64,000 nucleotides of DNA. Source: Octopus vulgaris. Taxonomy: Eukaryota. Location of the stretch: the NCBI GenBank assembly GCA_951406725.2, contig OX597820.1, positions 30,690,001 to 30,754,000 on the forward strand, in the 5' to 3' direction. Under the pieces are notes generated by a model. That model ran no database searches. It was not told the origin of the DNA and worked only from the letters and a program-made list of their open reading frames with translations. Both the position numbers and the translations under genes were made by a program. Positions within the stretch are counted from its first letter, which is position 1; the number at the start of each line of letters is the position of its first letter. This document shows positions 12,820-26,169 of this stretch, piece by piece.

Positions 12820-13869
12820 CAACCACTCTTTTCCTTCTCTGAGCGTCTTATTAATACTTTGCATGTACTACGTCCTCACGTCGTTGCTTTTTTCTTGTCT
12901 TTTTCTCCCTTTTTTTAATTAACTATGTGTGTGAGTGGGTAGGTGTGTGGGTGTGTGCATGTATGAATGTGTGTATGTATGTATATGTATATACGTGTAC
13001 ATATACATGTAACCAGAGACAATATCTGCCTTAACACATTAAAAAAAAACCAACCAAATCTTTCTGAAATTACATCTCACCGTATTATTAAAGAAATAAA
13101 GAGGAAACATAGAATAATGTAGTCATAGATATACACAATTTGAATAAAATATGTGATGGTCGCAGCTGGAGATGAATGCATTAAATAATATTATGCAACA
13201 TACCTACTAAAAGCACCGGGCAGAGACAGCTGGAATATCTTTTGATATAAGAATCGTTCGACCAGGGCTAGTCTGAGACTGAGCTAAAACATGTATTGAG
13301 GAAGGCTGTGGGTGCTTGTTCAACATATAGGACAAGATAATTACAACTAGAATGCTTTTTATTATAGGTCTGTGCAACCATGCTCGCATGGAGCTAAACA
13401 ACAGCTTTAATTGATTTAATACCTAGAAATAATGCTCTTAGTTACGTGACAAAATGTTTAATTAGTTATGAAAAGTTTGAGAACTTAGCCAGAGTTAATT
13501 ATACAAATTCAATAAAATCTAATTATATAAATTTAATGAAAAGTACACAAGACACGTCTATATTTCATCACGTGATTGGCGGTGTCTTCATACCAGTTGG
13601 TCTTAATCTGCTCCGTAGCGCTATGGGTATTCCGGGGCGCTATGGGTATTCTGATTCTTGATGATCGTGATTTTTCTGATATGTAAAACATTTAAACCAG
13701 GTATGATATTTATATTTTGATGACAATTTCAAAAAAAGAAAAAAATTATCGGGATCAAAATATGAATTAGATATTTTATTATCAGAAACCAGAAATGTGC
13801 TAGATTATATGAAAATATATATATAGGAAAGAAAAAAAATGGAGCAATAATTAACAATGAGAAGTTGAT

Positions 13870-13915
<46 letters not shown>

Positions 13916-14228
13916 CGTGCGTGTGTGTGTGTGTGTGTGTTTGTATGTGAATATATATATATATATCTACACTACACCATACGACATTACATATCATATC
14001 ATACATACATACACACGTCCAGACCTTTCATACACACCACATACTCTCTCATACACACACGCACCCTTATGTTGGGGTGAAGTCATTTGACCCTGTTATC
14101 TCCCCTATTTTCGCTCTTGCGTCTCACGTTTGATCTCTGACTTCTGGCCAGAATCGCCATGTTGAATCGCTAGCTTCTGCACGCATTTTTTTCTCTCCTT
14201 GTTTCTCTCCGTGTTTCTTTTCTGTGTA

Positions 14229-14266
14229 TCTTTCTGTTGAAGAGCGTAGGCTCGAAACGTAAAAGA
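14229..14266 (+). ncRNA. Minimal type I hammerhead motif (A6>U core variant)
   Basis: UCUUU-CUGUUGA-A-GAGC-guag-GCUC-GAAA-CG-UA-AAAGA: 5-bp helix I, 4-bp helix II, loop-less palindromic helix III (ACGU), GUA triplet. Confidence 0.7.
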
Positions 14267-14413
14267 CTTGTTTTATTTATATTCCTGAGCCATACTAATA
14301 CAATTGTTTGTTTGTACTCCACCTGCCTTCGTCTTTTGTTTATTTTCATAAAGCTTCCCGTTATGTGTATGTATATATATATGTGTGTGTGTGTATGTAT
14401 GTATGTATTTGTA

Positions 14414-14459
<46 letters not shown>

Positions 14460-14576
14460 AAAAGCAATAAAGATTCAAGTTCATTTAAATGAATTTACTT
14501 GAATATGGTACCTAACTTAGATGCACCAAAAAAAACTATACTGATTTAACAATACAGTAATGTGGGGTGATTATAA

Positions 14577-14671
14577 GCGAGAATGAAGCAACAAGAATGG
14601 ATAGGTTTTTAGTACAATCGTTTGAAACGATTGTACTAAAAACCTATCCATTCTTGTTGCTTCATTCTCGC
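14577..14671. repeat. Perfect 47-bp palindrome with 1-nt spacer
   Basis: GCGAGAATGAAGCAACAAGAATGGATAGGTTTTTAGTACAATCGTTT-G-exact reverse complement. Confidence 0.95.
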
Positions 14672-14694
14672 GTATATATATATATATATATATA

Positions 14695-15032
14695 GGAGAC
14701 CCCCTTCAGTCATGAATGACCATGGAATTGCATCTAGAAAGTTACCCTCCCGGGCACAAGTCCGGGCAAAGTTGTTTGTGGGGGCCAGCAGTCGCCTATG
14801 CATACCAGCCTCCCCTCTCCACACCACAGATGTTATCCAAGGGAAAGGCAGAGGCCGATACAGCTTGGCACCAGTGAGTGATTTCGCAACTCATTTCTAC
14901 AGCAGAGTTAACTGGAGCAACATGAAATAAAGTGTCTTGCTCAAGAAAACAACACGCAGCCCAGTCCGAGAATCGAACTCACAACCTCACGATCGTTAGC
15001 TCGACGCTCTAACAACTGAGCCATGCACCTTC
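14695..15032 (-). mobile_element. tRNA-derived SINE family D (CORE-like central domain)
   Basis: Reverse complement of the 36688-37020 copy, with A/B boxes at the right end. Confidence 0.85.
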
Positions 15033-15065
15033 ACATATATATGTATGTATATGTATGTGTATGTG

Positions 15066-15099
<34 letters not shown>

Positions 15100-15105
15100 T
15101 GTATG

Positions 15106-15142
<37 letters not shown>

Positions 15143-15174
15143 TTTATTTTAAGCAGCAGAAAATTCAACAAAAT

Positions 15175-15212
15175 CTGTTACTCTGAGTTTCTCGTTGCCG
15201 TTCATCAGACAG
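15175..15212 (-). ncRNA. Minimal type I hammerhead motif with canonical CUGAUGA core
   Basis: Minus strand CUGU-CUGAUGA-A-CG-gcaa-CG-A-GAAA-CUC-a-GAG-UA-ACAG. GNRA loop on helix II, A.A mismatch at 10.1/11.1, GUA triplet. Confidence 0.7.
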
Positions 15213-16236
15213 TTTTTGCTAGAATGGAACTTATATATCAATTCAATCTATACTCTTACAAACGCTACACCTTTAAAAAGAAATGGACTTGCTTGATTGG
15301 CCCTTTAGAAAAAACGGTCAATCTTCGAGCGATAAACAAAAAGGTCAAAAATATATGTATATATATATAAAAAAACTTATAAAAGTTATAAAATCCGAGG
15401 AAAAAAGCGAGGAAAAAACCTATTGCCGTTAATGAAGACAGTGCAAATTAATGCATAGAAATTAAACCTGTTATAAATACTGCAATACATATTTATATTA
15501 AAATCTACATATATATATCAACATACACAAAAGGATGCGCGTAAACGCCATACATACATATACAGACGTATGAATATGAATCTAAATATACACATAAAAG
15601 CATGTGTACATATATTCACGCAAACCGTCTCGCACGCAAGCTAAAATTCATCTATGTAGCAATTCTCATATACTGAGCAAGGAGGGGGAACGAAAGAAAG
15701 GGAAAGAGAGAAAAAGGAACGAAGGAGGGGTGGGGAAAAAAACTTGTAACGATGTTATTGGCATCTATAGAGACCAGTATACATACACAAGTTTGAATGG
15801 ATACATATACATACCGTCGTGTATATGTGTGCTTAAGCACAAGCATACTTTCACTTACACATACACAGATACGCATGCTTACAAATACATATGCTTTGCT
15901 ATACACATACTTATATAAACATTCTAATTTTGACAACATTGCTTTTTTTTAAAAAACATTGCTTTTAAAAATGGGTGCATTAATAAAATATATAAGTTAC
16001 AAGTGCGTTTTTAGGTTTCTGCCAACCAACCAATTCAATGATTTTACAAAGACTTGGTGTACAGGAAGTACCTATGCAAATGAATAATTTTCAGTGGGTG
16101 CAGCACCTATTGGCCCAAGACGACTTTCACCGCTGTGACATGAAAATTGACAAAACCAGGAACTTCCAAGGCCACAGGTTTTACTTCAGAGATTTCCTTC
16201 TCCTAGGTAGATTACCATCCAAGATTAAAGAGTTAA

Positions 16237-18039
16237 CGAAGGGTCAGCGTAGAGAATCTGGTTTGGGGTTTACTCTCAAGAATACATTAGTATCCTCCAT
16301 TGTAGAGCTTCCAAGTGGTATATCTGAACGGACCATGTCATGCCGTATTAAACTAACAAAAGATAGGTTTCTTACCGTTGTTAGTATTTATGCACCAACA
16401 ATGTCCCATTCTGATGAAACTGTAGGACAGTTTTATGATGATCTTGCACAATTATTGAGGAATGTACCAATTTCTGACAAGTGATCATATTGGGAGATTT
16501 CACTGCAAGAGCTGGAAAGGACTACATTTCATGGCCTATTTTAGGCCAACATAGGATTGGAAAATGTAATAAAAATGCAGTAGCTCTTTTGACGTTTTGT
16601 ACTGAGAACAATCTGGTTGTGACCAACACTTCTGTTTAAGCAGAGAAATAAATATAAAACCACCTGGATCTAAGCACTAGCATCTCATAGATTATATTCT
16701 GATCAGAAAACGTGATATGAAAGACGTTTCTAGCGATCAGGCCATGAGAGGAGCAGAGAGCTGGACTGACCATCGTCTAGTGCGTGGAAAAATAGATTTT
16801 TCGATAATGCCTAAAAATCGACAGTCTGGTCCTAAGGCACCCAAAAAGTTAAATGTTGCAAACTTTAAATTATCGAGCAACCTGCAAAGATTACAAGATG
16901 CTATAGAAAGTATCAATCTTGACCCAAACAATCTATGGGAAGATTTCAAAACAAAAGTATTTCAGGCTGCAAGTTCGGCAGTGGGATTTAAATCACGTAA
17001 GTCCAGTGACTGGTTCTCAGATAGATCAACAGAAATTCATGATCTACTTTTAGATACACTTCTTTCTCACTCCTTGAACCCCAACTCAAACGAAGCTCAC
17101 AGAAAGCTGAAAAGGAAAGTGCAAACTGCTCTAAGGAAAATTAAACATTGTGATGATTTTGGCTTGACTATCAACTTGAAAAAAAAACAGTTGTAAAGCA
17201 TCAAACTGCGTGTGGTGCTGTTTGTAAACCTACTAAAATTTTTGTTAAGGGTAAGTTACTTGAGGCTGTCGATTCGTTCATCTACCTTGGAAGCTTTGTA
17301 CAAAATGGCGGAAATCTTGATACAGAAATATATCCGCGAATTCAAAGGGCAAAAGCCTTTGGTGGCTTGGTGTCACGCGTTTGGTGCCAGCGACATATAA
17401 ATAAGAATACAAAGCTGGCTCTTTACAAAGCATTTGTCTTACCATCCCTGTTGTATTCTTGTGAAACATGGACTTGTTATGAAAGGCATTTTACTTCAAA
17501 CACAGATATCCTTGCATCTGCAGGCATCACTTCAATTAAAGATATGATCTCAAGGAACCAATTGAGATGGCGTGGCCATATTGTTCGAATGGTGGATGAA
17601 CACATGCTGAAACAGCTGTTTTATGGTGAGCTTGCAGAGGGGAAATGATATCGGCGTAAACCTAAAAAAAGAGGTTTAAGGACGGCATAAGGACTACTAT
17701 GAAGTCACTTGGAATGAATTCAGAAGACAGAAACCCTTGCTTCGGATAGAGCTGGATGGCGAAAAAAAGTGTGGAGTGGAGTGAAAGCGTTTGAAGAAAC
17801 CAGGATAAAGCATGTAAGATTCAAAACAGAACTAAGGAAGAATGTTACGATCAAGAAGGTGAATGACAATGACCTTTCTGTGCACAGTTTGTGACAGACC
17901 ATGCCTTTCTTATGCTGGGCTCAAATCTCATTTGGCAACCCAGGGAAAACGAACCTCCACCAACTATTCTGCCCATATATCTGTGTACACCTTTGAATGC
18001 AGTGTATGCCAGAAGGTTTGCAAATCTAACGGAGGCCTC
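16237..18039 (+). pseudogene. RTE-clade LINE ORF remnant (AP endonuclease, RT C-terminus, C2H2 fingers) with internal deletion of the RT core
   Basis: RESGLGF, ISERTMSCRI, VSIYAPT, IILGDF, HLIDYIL, WTDHRLV endonuclease motifs. Jumps at about 17146 to FGLTINLKK. Then KLALYKAFVLPSLLYSCETW, QLRWRGHIVRM and two CxxC..H fingers. Confidence 0.9.
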
Positions 18040-18260
18040 ATATATATGTATGTGTGTCTGCGTTTGTCCCGCCAACATCGCTTGACAACCGATGCTGGTG
18101 TGTTTACGTCTCCGTAACTAAGCAGTTCAACAAAAGAGAACGATAGAATAAGTACTAGGCTTACAAAGAATAAGTCCTGGGGTCGATTTACTCGACTAAA
18201 GGCGGTGCTCCAGCATGGCAACAGTCGAATGACTGAAACGAGTAAAAGAGTAAAGAGAGT
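18040..18260 (+). mobile_element. SINE family A, 3' half
   Basis: Matches the other family A copies and ends in GTAAAAGAGTAAAGAG. Confidence 0.88.
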
Positions 18261-18717
18261 ATATACACACACATATATACACACACATATATACATACAC
18301 GCATACAGACAGACAGACGGACATACATAAATGTGCACGCATACATACACGTACGCACACACACACACACACATACACACATGTACATATACAAAACATC
18401 ATATGCCTTATGCGATGAGATATGAAATGGTTTTGACCACGAACGCAATGTTGAGCTGGTGATGGGACTCTTGCCGTCGACGCTCCGCCTTCTAACTCGA
18501 TACACTCTCGACACTCGTCAGCTGGCAACCAGCATTTAATGTCTTTACAGACACGTGTATAAGCAGTGCACAGGTGTTTGTACATGAATGGAAGCGATAA
18601 TTGATTGAGTATATATATTATGTGCATGTATGAGTATTGTGTGTATGTATGCTTGCATGTATGTAGGTATGGATGGCTGGCTGGATTTATGTATATACAT
18701 TTGTATGTGTCTGTGTT

Positions 18718-18778
<61 letters not shown>

Positions 18779-18883
18779 TGTGTTTATATATAAAGCAATC
18801 ACCCAGAGTAAATGATTTTCTACTAGTCTATTATATTTGGTATGTGTAATTATACCTCTGCGTGTGTGTGACTGTTTGTGTTC

Positions 18884-18941
<58 letters not shown>

Positions 18942-19460
18942 AGGGCGTGCGTGTACTAGAAATATTGTCAATTGTATACCAGAAAAAAATCTATAGTTTT
19001 TGTGATGCGTATACTGTGTCAATTAACTCTTTCTACTCCACAAACACACACACACCTACGCATCACGTACGCACGTACGCCCACACACACACACAGATAC
19101 ACACTCACTCACTCACGAACACACAAATACGCACAAACGCACGCACGAACGCAAACTTCCTTTTCCTTACTCCTCTGTTACCTCTTCTTCCCCCGTCCAC
19201 TTTCTTTACTTTCACTTTCCTTTCTCCTCTTTCTTTTTATGTATTTTTCTTTACTATTTGTAACTACCAGTATTTATAACTAATATCTATGCTTTGCACT
19301 CTTCCTAACCTTTGATATCTGTCTCTCTTATTTGTTTGTTTTTATTCTTTTTCATTTTTTGTGTGTGTCTCATTTATACTCCTAACAAATATTCACCACC
19401 TTTCTTTTGCAGACTTCCCCTCTCACTTTTCACTTCTCTTATCCTTTTTTGTCTCCCTCG

Positions 19461-19506
<46 letters not shown>

Positions 19507-19542
19507 ATACACATACACACACACAGAGATTATATATATATG

Positions 19543-19594
<52 letters not shown>

Positions 19595-19744
19595 ATGGAC
19601 ACAGGTTCGTGTATCATATAGCTAGCTAGAGGTGATGGCCTCTTAGAGCTAATCAACGGCAGCTTTCGTCCTATATTTATGGACTGCCATATTAGTTTGG
19701 CGATAATTATTAATATCCAGCACCGCTGCCGTAGTCTCCTTTAG

Positions 19745-20690
19745 AGGGATTTAGAAAGTTTTTATTATACGATAGGAACGACGATAATCCAGAGAGAATT
19801 TTAGTGTTTGGCACACAAGCTGGGTGAGATGACCTTGAGCATAATAGGGATTGGGCTTGTGATGGCACTTTTAAATGCGGCCCAGATATATATTATCAGT
19901 TGTTCACGTCACATATTGTCATACGAAATATTAGCATCCCATGTCTTTATGTTTTGCTGCCTAATAAATCACAGGTAAAGTACAGAAGGCTTTTTAGCGT
20001 TTTGAAGGACTTACACCCATCATTAGAACCCGAAACCTTAATGGTTGATTTCCAGAAAGCAATTATCAATGCTCTCTGTTATATATTTCCAATAACAGAT
20101 ATAACAGGTTGTTTCTTTCATATAGCTAAGAATATCTATGATCACTTTGTGGATATAGGTTTAAAGTCTCACCATCGAACAGACGCAGAATTTAACAACA
20201 AAATCAAATGCTTCACTGCATTAGCATTTCTTCCAGTTTGTGATGTTATTGATGGTTTTCTTGAACTAACTGATGATGATGATTTTCCTCAAGAATTTGT
20301 ATCATATTTTGAAACTCACTATATAAGAGGAGAACGAGCGAAGACTAAAAATGCAGCCAACGTTTCCTATTCAATTGTGGAATGTTTTCGAAAGAACCCA
20401 GAATAATATGATGAGAACAAACAACAGCATAGAAGGCTTCCATAATGCAAAGCAAAGCTCCATTACTAACATGCAACCAAATTTGTGGAAAATTATTGCG
20501 TATTTGAATAAGGAAGAGACCTTAGCGAAAAAGAAAAAGTGTGATTTAGATCGAGGAGGTGTAGTCCTAATGAAGAAAATATGTACTGATATCAACGAAA
20601 GACTTCAACAGAAAACGCTTCCTTACAGTCGGACACAGAAAGCACATCATTTACGAAGCATTGCTTGGAATTTGCGCACATTCTTAATTA
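19745..20690 (+). pseudogene. Mutator/MULE transposase remnant
   Basis: RILVFGT, WACDGTFK..P..YYQLF, PCLYVLLPNKS, LMVDFQKAIINA, GCFFH, FVSYFETHY, WNVF..RTNNSIEGFHN are MULE DDE-domain motifs. Stops and a frameshift are present. Confidence 0.9.
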
Positions 20691-21614
20691 ATTTTTGTCA
20701 ATTTGTAGAGTTTCATATGTTTCAAAATAAATTTATACTTTTTAATCTATTTTCTAATGTTTGACTCTGAAAATAGGCATGTTATACAATGCTTTTAATA
20801 ATAAACTCCTATCTATACAAGGCGGGTTTTTTTTCCTTACCAAAATATATCAATGTTTGGAACAGAATCAAATGACTCACAGAAGCCGATCCATCACAAA
20901 CCTATAACCTTCCTCCTTCCCGGGTACTTTTGGGTAATGGTAAAGAATGCGGGGAAGAGCATGGCAAAGCTACGGGAGGCGGGGCTAATATAGTTCCAAC
21001 AAATCAAGAATTTATCGTATATGGTGTTAAATATGCCATTATTTGTCTTTGATATTTAAATTCATGCCACCGATCACTCTGAACAATTCCTCTCACCTCA
21101 TTTTTGCTTCTATTACATAGCCATAACTGTTATATCTCAAGCATGTGTCCCTTGGCAGAATGTATCACGATTTTGTTCACCGTTTTAGTTACCTGTATAC
21201 CTAAAACAATTATTGAATAGATACCATTTTGGTCCCCTTATCTTTGTTCTAGTGGCACATAGAACGTGGCACCAACCCTTGGCTAGGCGGACAGGCCAAC
21301 ATTCCCCTTGAGTGGAACACCACCCCGTTGCAGGTTGCCTATTTATAGCTAAGGGGACTGGAACTACATAAAACGATTGTGAGTGCAACGCCCTAACCAC
21401 TCGAGCACACATCTTCATAAGGGTGTACATACTCTTATTAAATGTTTGAAAAGTGTTTCCGTATATCGAACTTATATCGCTCGACTGATTTATAATCTTA
21501 ATTAGCTTATCTTTCCTTCCTTCCTTCCTTCATTCATTCATTCTTTCTTTCTTTCCTTCTTTCTGCCTTCCTTTCTTCTTTCCTTCCTTCATTCTTTCTT
21601 TAATCTTGTATAAT

Positions 21615-21777
21615 CGCAGGAGTGGCTGTGTGGTAAGTAGCTTGCTTACCAACCACATTGTTCCCCATTCCGTCCCACTGCGTGGCACCTTGGACAAGTG
21701 TCTTCTACTATAGCTTCGAGCCGACCAAAGCCTTGTGATTGGATTTGGTAAACGGAAACTGAAAGAAGCCCGTCGTA

Positions 21778-21833
<56 letters not shown>

Positions 21834-22072
21834 TGTGTGTATATGTTTGTGTGTCTGTATTTGTACCCCCAACTTCGCTTGACAACCGATGCTGGTGTGT
21901 TTACGTCCCCGTCACTTAGCGGTTCGGCAAGAGAGACCGATAGAACAAGTAGTATGCTCACAAAGAATAAGTCCTCTGGTCGATTTGCTCGCCTTGGTCA
22001 ATTTGCTCGACTAAAGGCGGTGCTCCAGCATGGCCGCAGTCAAATGACTGAAACAAGTAAAAGAATAAAAGA
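21615..22072 (+). mobile_element. SINE family A (head GGCGCAGGAGTGGCTGTGTGGTAAG), full length with internal (TA)n
   Basis: tRNA-like head, TTGGACAAGT core-like motif, internal TA/TG microsatellite, AAAAGA tail. Confidence 0.9.
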
Positions 22073-22251
22073 AAGAATCTTAACTAGCTTATCTTTCCTT
22101 CCTTTCTTCCTTCTTTCTTTCCTTCTTTCCTTCTTTTTCCTTTCCTACTTTCTTTTTTTTTCTTTCTCGTATCTTCTATTCAGGATAGATTACACAACTT
22201 TAAAGATTTAGCTGATATGTATATACATACATACATACATACATACATACA

Positions 22252-22325
<74 letters not shown>

Positions 22326-22693
22326 AAATGAGAAAATGGAGAAACATACCTAAATCAATCATCAACCATCAGATAATACCCAATCAATACTTTATTAAAC
22401 CATTACACAACAACAATGATATTATACCTAATATATTACAAATATAACAAGACATAGAAATAGAAATAGAAAATACATTTATATATATATATATATACAT
22501 ATTTGTATGTATGTATGTATGTATGTGTATGTGGCGGCTCAACGACATCTTTGTTATTCATTCTGTTGTTGCTTACAAAAGAATTAATAAGTAATACGTT
22601 CCGGTAAAACTGTATCGATTTAATCAACTAGCTACCCTATTTTCCGCACAACACCCAAAATATATGGCTTTTTGTCAGAGTTATCAGAGTTAC

Positions 22694-22737
<44 letters not shown>

Positions 22738-22757
22738 ATGCATGTATGTATATATAT

Positions 22758-22827
<70 letters not shown>

Positions 22828-22883
22828 TTATATACATATATATATATGTGTGTATGTATGTATGTATGTATGTATGTATATAT

Positions 22884-23407
<524 letters not shown>

Positions 23408-23574
23408 AATATATTATTTAGAAAGAGAATGTTATCCTTTAAACAAAGGTGTTTCATAAAATAGTCTTCAAGATTACATGTTCAGACGTCTGGGCTGAGT
23501 TGTTTTTGCTGTTGTTTGCTTCTTTAGAAGATTATTAGTTTTCGGACTAATAAACTTTCGACGGCTTGTGAAAA

Positions 23575-23613
23575 TGTTGTTGTTGTTGCCGCTGCTGCTG
23601 CTGCTGCTGCTGC

Positions 23614-23647
<34 letters not shown>

Positions 23648-23996
23648 GATCATGACGACGACAATGATGATGGCGATGATGATGATGAAGACGACGACGA
23701 GACCGTGATGATGACGAAAATGGTGATCATGATGGCGACGATGACAACACCATGATGATGACGATAACGATGATGATGATGATGACGACGACCGTGACGT
23801 CGACAACAACGACGACGACAATGATGATGATGATGATGATTACGCCAACTGCAGTGGAGGTGGTGACGTCGACAACGATTACGACGACGATGATGATGCT
23901 GATGGTTACGCCAACGTCGGCGGTGATGACAGTGGTGGTGGTGGTGGTGACGGCGACAACGATTACGACGACGACGATGATGACGATGATGACGTT
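23575..23996. repeat. Compound trinucleotide repeat (TTG/CTG/GAT/GAC/GGT)
   Basis: Direct reading. It generates spurious poly-His/Thr/Ser ORFs. Confidence 0.9.
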
Positions 23997-25289
23997 GAAA
24001 GAATGTCACATTGTTGATCAATTTCTTTTGTTCCCAATAGAGACACAAGTAAAAAGGTTTCAATTCCACAGCATTAGAACCTGAGAATCGAATTTACGCA
24101 GAAAAATTACTAAACAAATTAAATAAACCGTAAAAGTAATTCAAATAACGAAAACAAATATTTTCTGCTGACAATGTGAATATGCGACGGAATTTGTGTT
24201 TGTGTGTGTGTCCTAAGAGGGAGAGGGAAAGAGAGAAAGAACGAGAAAGAGAGAGAATGAGAAAGAGAGAGATGGAGTTCGTAAGTCTCAAGATGGATCA
24301 AAATGGATCACCGGTATTGGTCGAAATCCAGCAATTCCCAGGCTGAGTTTTGGCTCTTGACTGCGTTAAAATCTTTTGAAAAGGGTTAAATAGCGTGGCT
24401 TCTGCCTAATTCTGAACCATCTTGCTCAGGTCCCCAGTTTAGAACCACAGCCCAACTATATTGCCACCCATGAGATATTAAATGTGTTGCCACAAGAAGT
24501 CTTAACACCTACGTGAACATGGTTCGATCACTCAGATCGGCTGATGTGTAGTCAAATAGCAGTGGACTTGAAAGTATATGTTGTGAAATTTACCGCCTAA
24601 TAGTTCTGCCGAAAGTTCTAGAAATTTGACTGAATGTTATAAAAAGTTGAGATACTGAACTACCGAACAGAACAGCCTCCGATGCTATATAGAACTCTGT
24701 TGATCAGTTTTATGATAAGGAGTTCTCACCTTTTCTACCTGATCTTTTTTGATAACCGTAAACAACTTTCATATAAATAACTTAAATATTTTGTGCTATA
24801 AAGACTTTTAACTACCACATCCACTTTCTTATATATATCCACTTTCTTATATATGCAGTTCTATTCATATAATTGTTGTACATACGTAAGTGCAAAAGTT
24901 CCAGGTAATAAAAAATATCAAATATTAGTGTTGTCATTTTCAACTTCCCACGCAACCTCTCAAATAATTTTATGACAAGACTCATGGCAGGCTCAAAAGA
25001 GAAGCTGCTGATATGTCTACAAGCGGTTGGTAATTGGTCAGTTGTAGTCAATCAAAAAAATAGTCAAACTATCTTGTTAAATTTCGCACCAATTTGTATA
25101 TAGTGTAGATTTTTACCAATCGTGATATTTTTAAAAGCTTTTAACTGTATTTGCGCCTAAACTTATTTCTAACCAATTGTAATACATTTAACAGATGTTA
25201 ATGGGTGAACGAGGGTGAAGGGAATAGAAGTCTTATTTCATGTAGCAACATGTGCATGTGTATTTGAGAGACAATAAAAAAAAAGTATG

Positions 25290-25940
25290 GAAGGACAGCG
25301 AAAACATAGTTTGCTACATTGCTACATGGATTATCGGTAAACTTATACGTTGCTTTAAAATTTATGCATGGATCTACCGAGAATGAACATCTTTTTCCTA
25401 AGATCTGACAAGCAAGAAGTAATCTTGATTTGCAGCAAGAAAAACTTAGGCTATGGATACAAACAGTACTGTTTTTCCTTCCAGGAAAATGCCCGCGACT
25501 CTTTTAAGGAGTAGATTTCACTAAAAGCATAAAGAACCAGACACTTTTGCTAGCTGGTAGGCGGATTAAGTCAACCACAAGGTATTTAGATGACAAAAAC
25601 TAAACTGGTAGGAATTTAGTCTAAACCATTTGAACATTTTCCTCGAATCTCTTTATCATAGTGTATCACTATTTAAGTCTTTGTCCTCTGTGATGGAACT
25701 CAGCTTGTGACTGAGTAAGACCACTTCCTAAACTCAGTAAGCACATGCAGACGTTCTGAGAGTTTAAGAAGTTCATGTGCGTGAATTTGTTTTATGTGAA
25801 TAAAATGTTGCACAGCACTGAACCCATTTTATAGCGCAATCTGCTATAAAACCTTTGACACCATAGAAGTTGAAACGATCACAAACTAGCTGTATTTCAG
25901 GTTTTATATGACTGTACTTTCTCCTAGAAGGAAGATCTAA
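25290..25940 (+). pseudogene. Very old non-LTR retrotransposon RT remnant (possibly R4/Dong-like)
   Basis: Broken similarity to WIDY.KAYD...HAWI near 25325-25372 and RLY.PR..GGRGL near 25907-25940. No continuous frame. Confidence 0.3.
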
Positions 25941-26169
25941 CGAGAACTAGAGATCCTTTAATCCCATTGGTTCTCATGCTAGTTAACCTATACACGGGAC
26001 CCTAACAGGTGCTACTACACCGGATCAAAGTAGACCTGGGAACAACCGTATCTAAGAGGTGGTTCAGTACTCCTCAGAAGCCTGGAACTCTCGAAACCAG
26101 AGCACTTCTACTGGTCGCAATTTAATGTCATACCTGGAACAATGGTATCACATGCGATACACAGAATAG

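Noticed and set aside
13552-13596. Minus-strand AUGAAGA...GAAA-UA-UA hammerhead-like string
   Set aside because: C3 is mutated without compensation and helix I does not pair.
23474-24084. Poly-His/Ser/Thr ORFs
   Set aside because: Translations of trinucleotide repeats.
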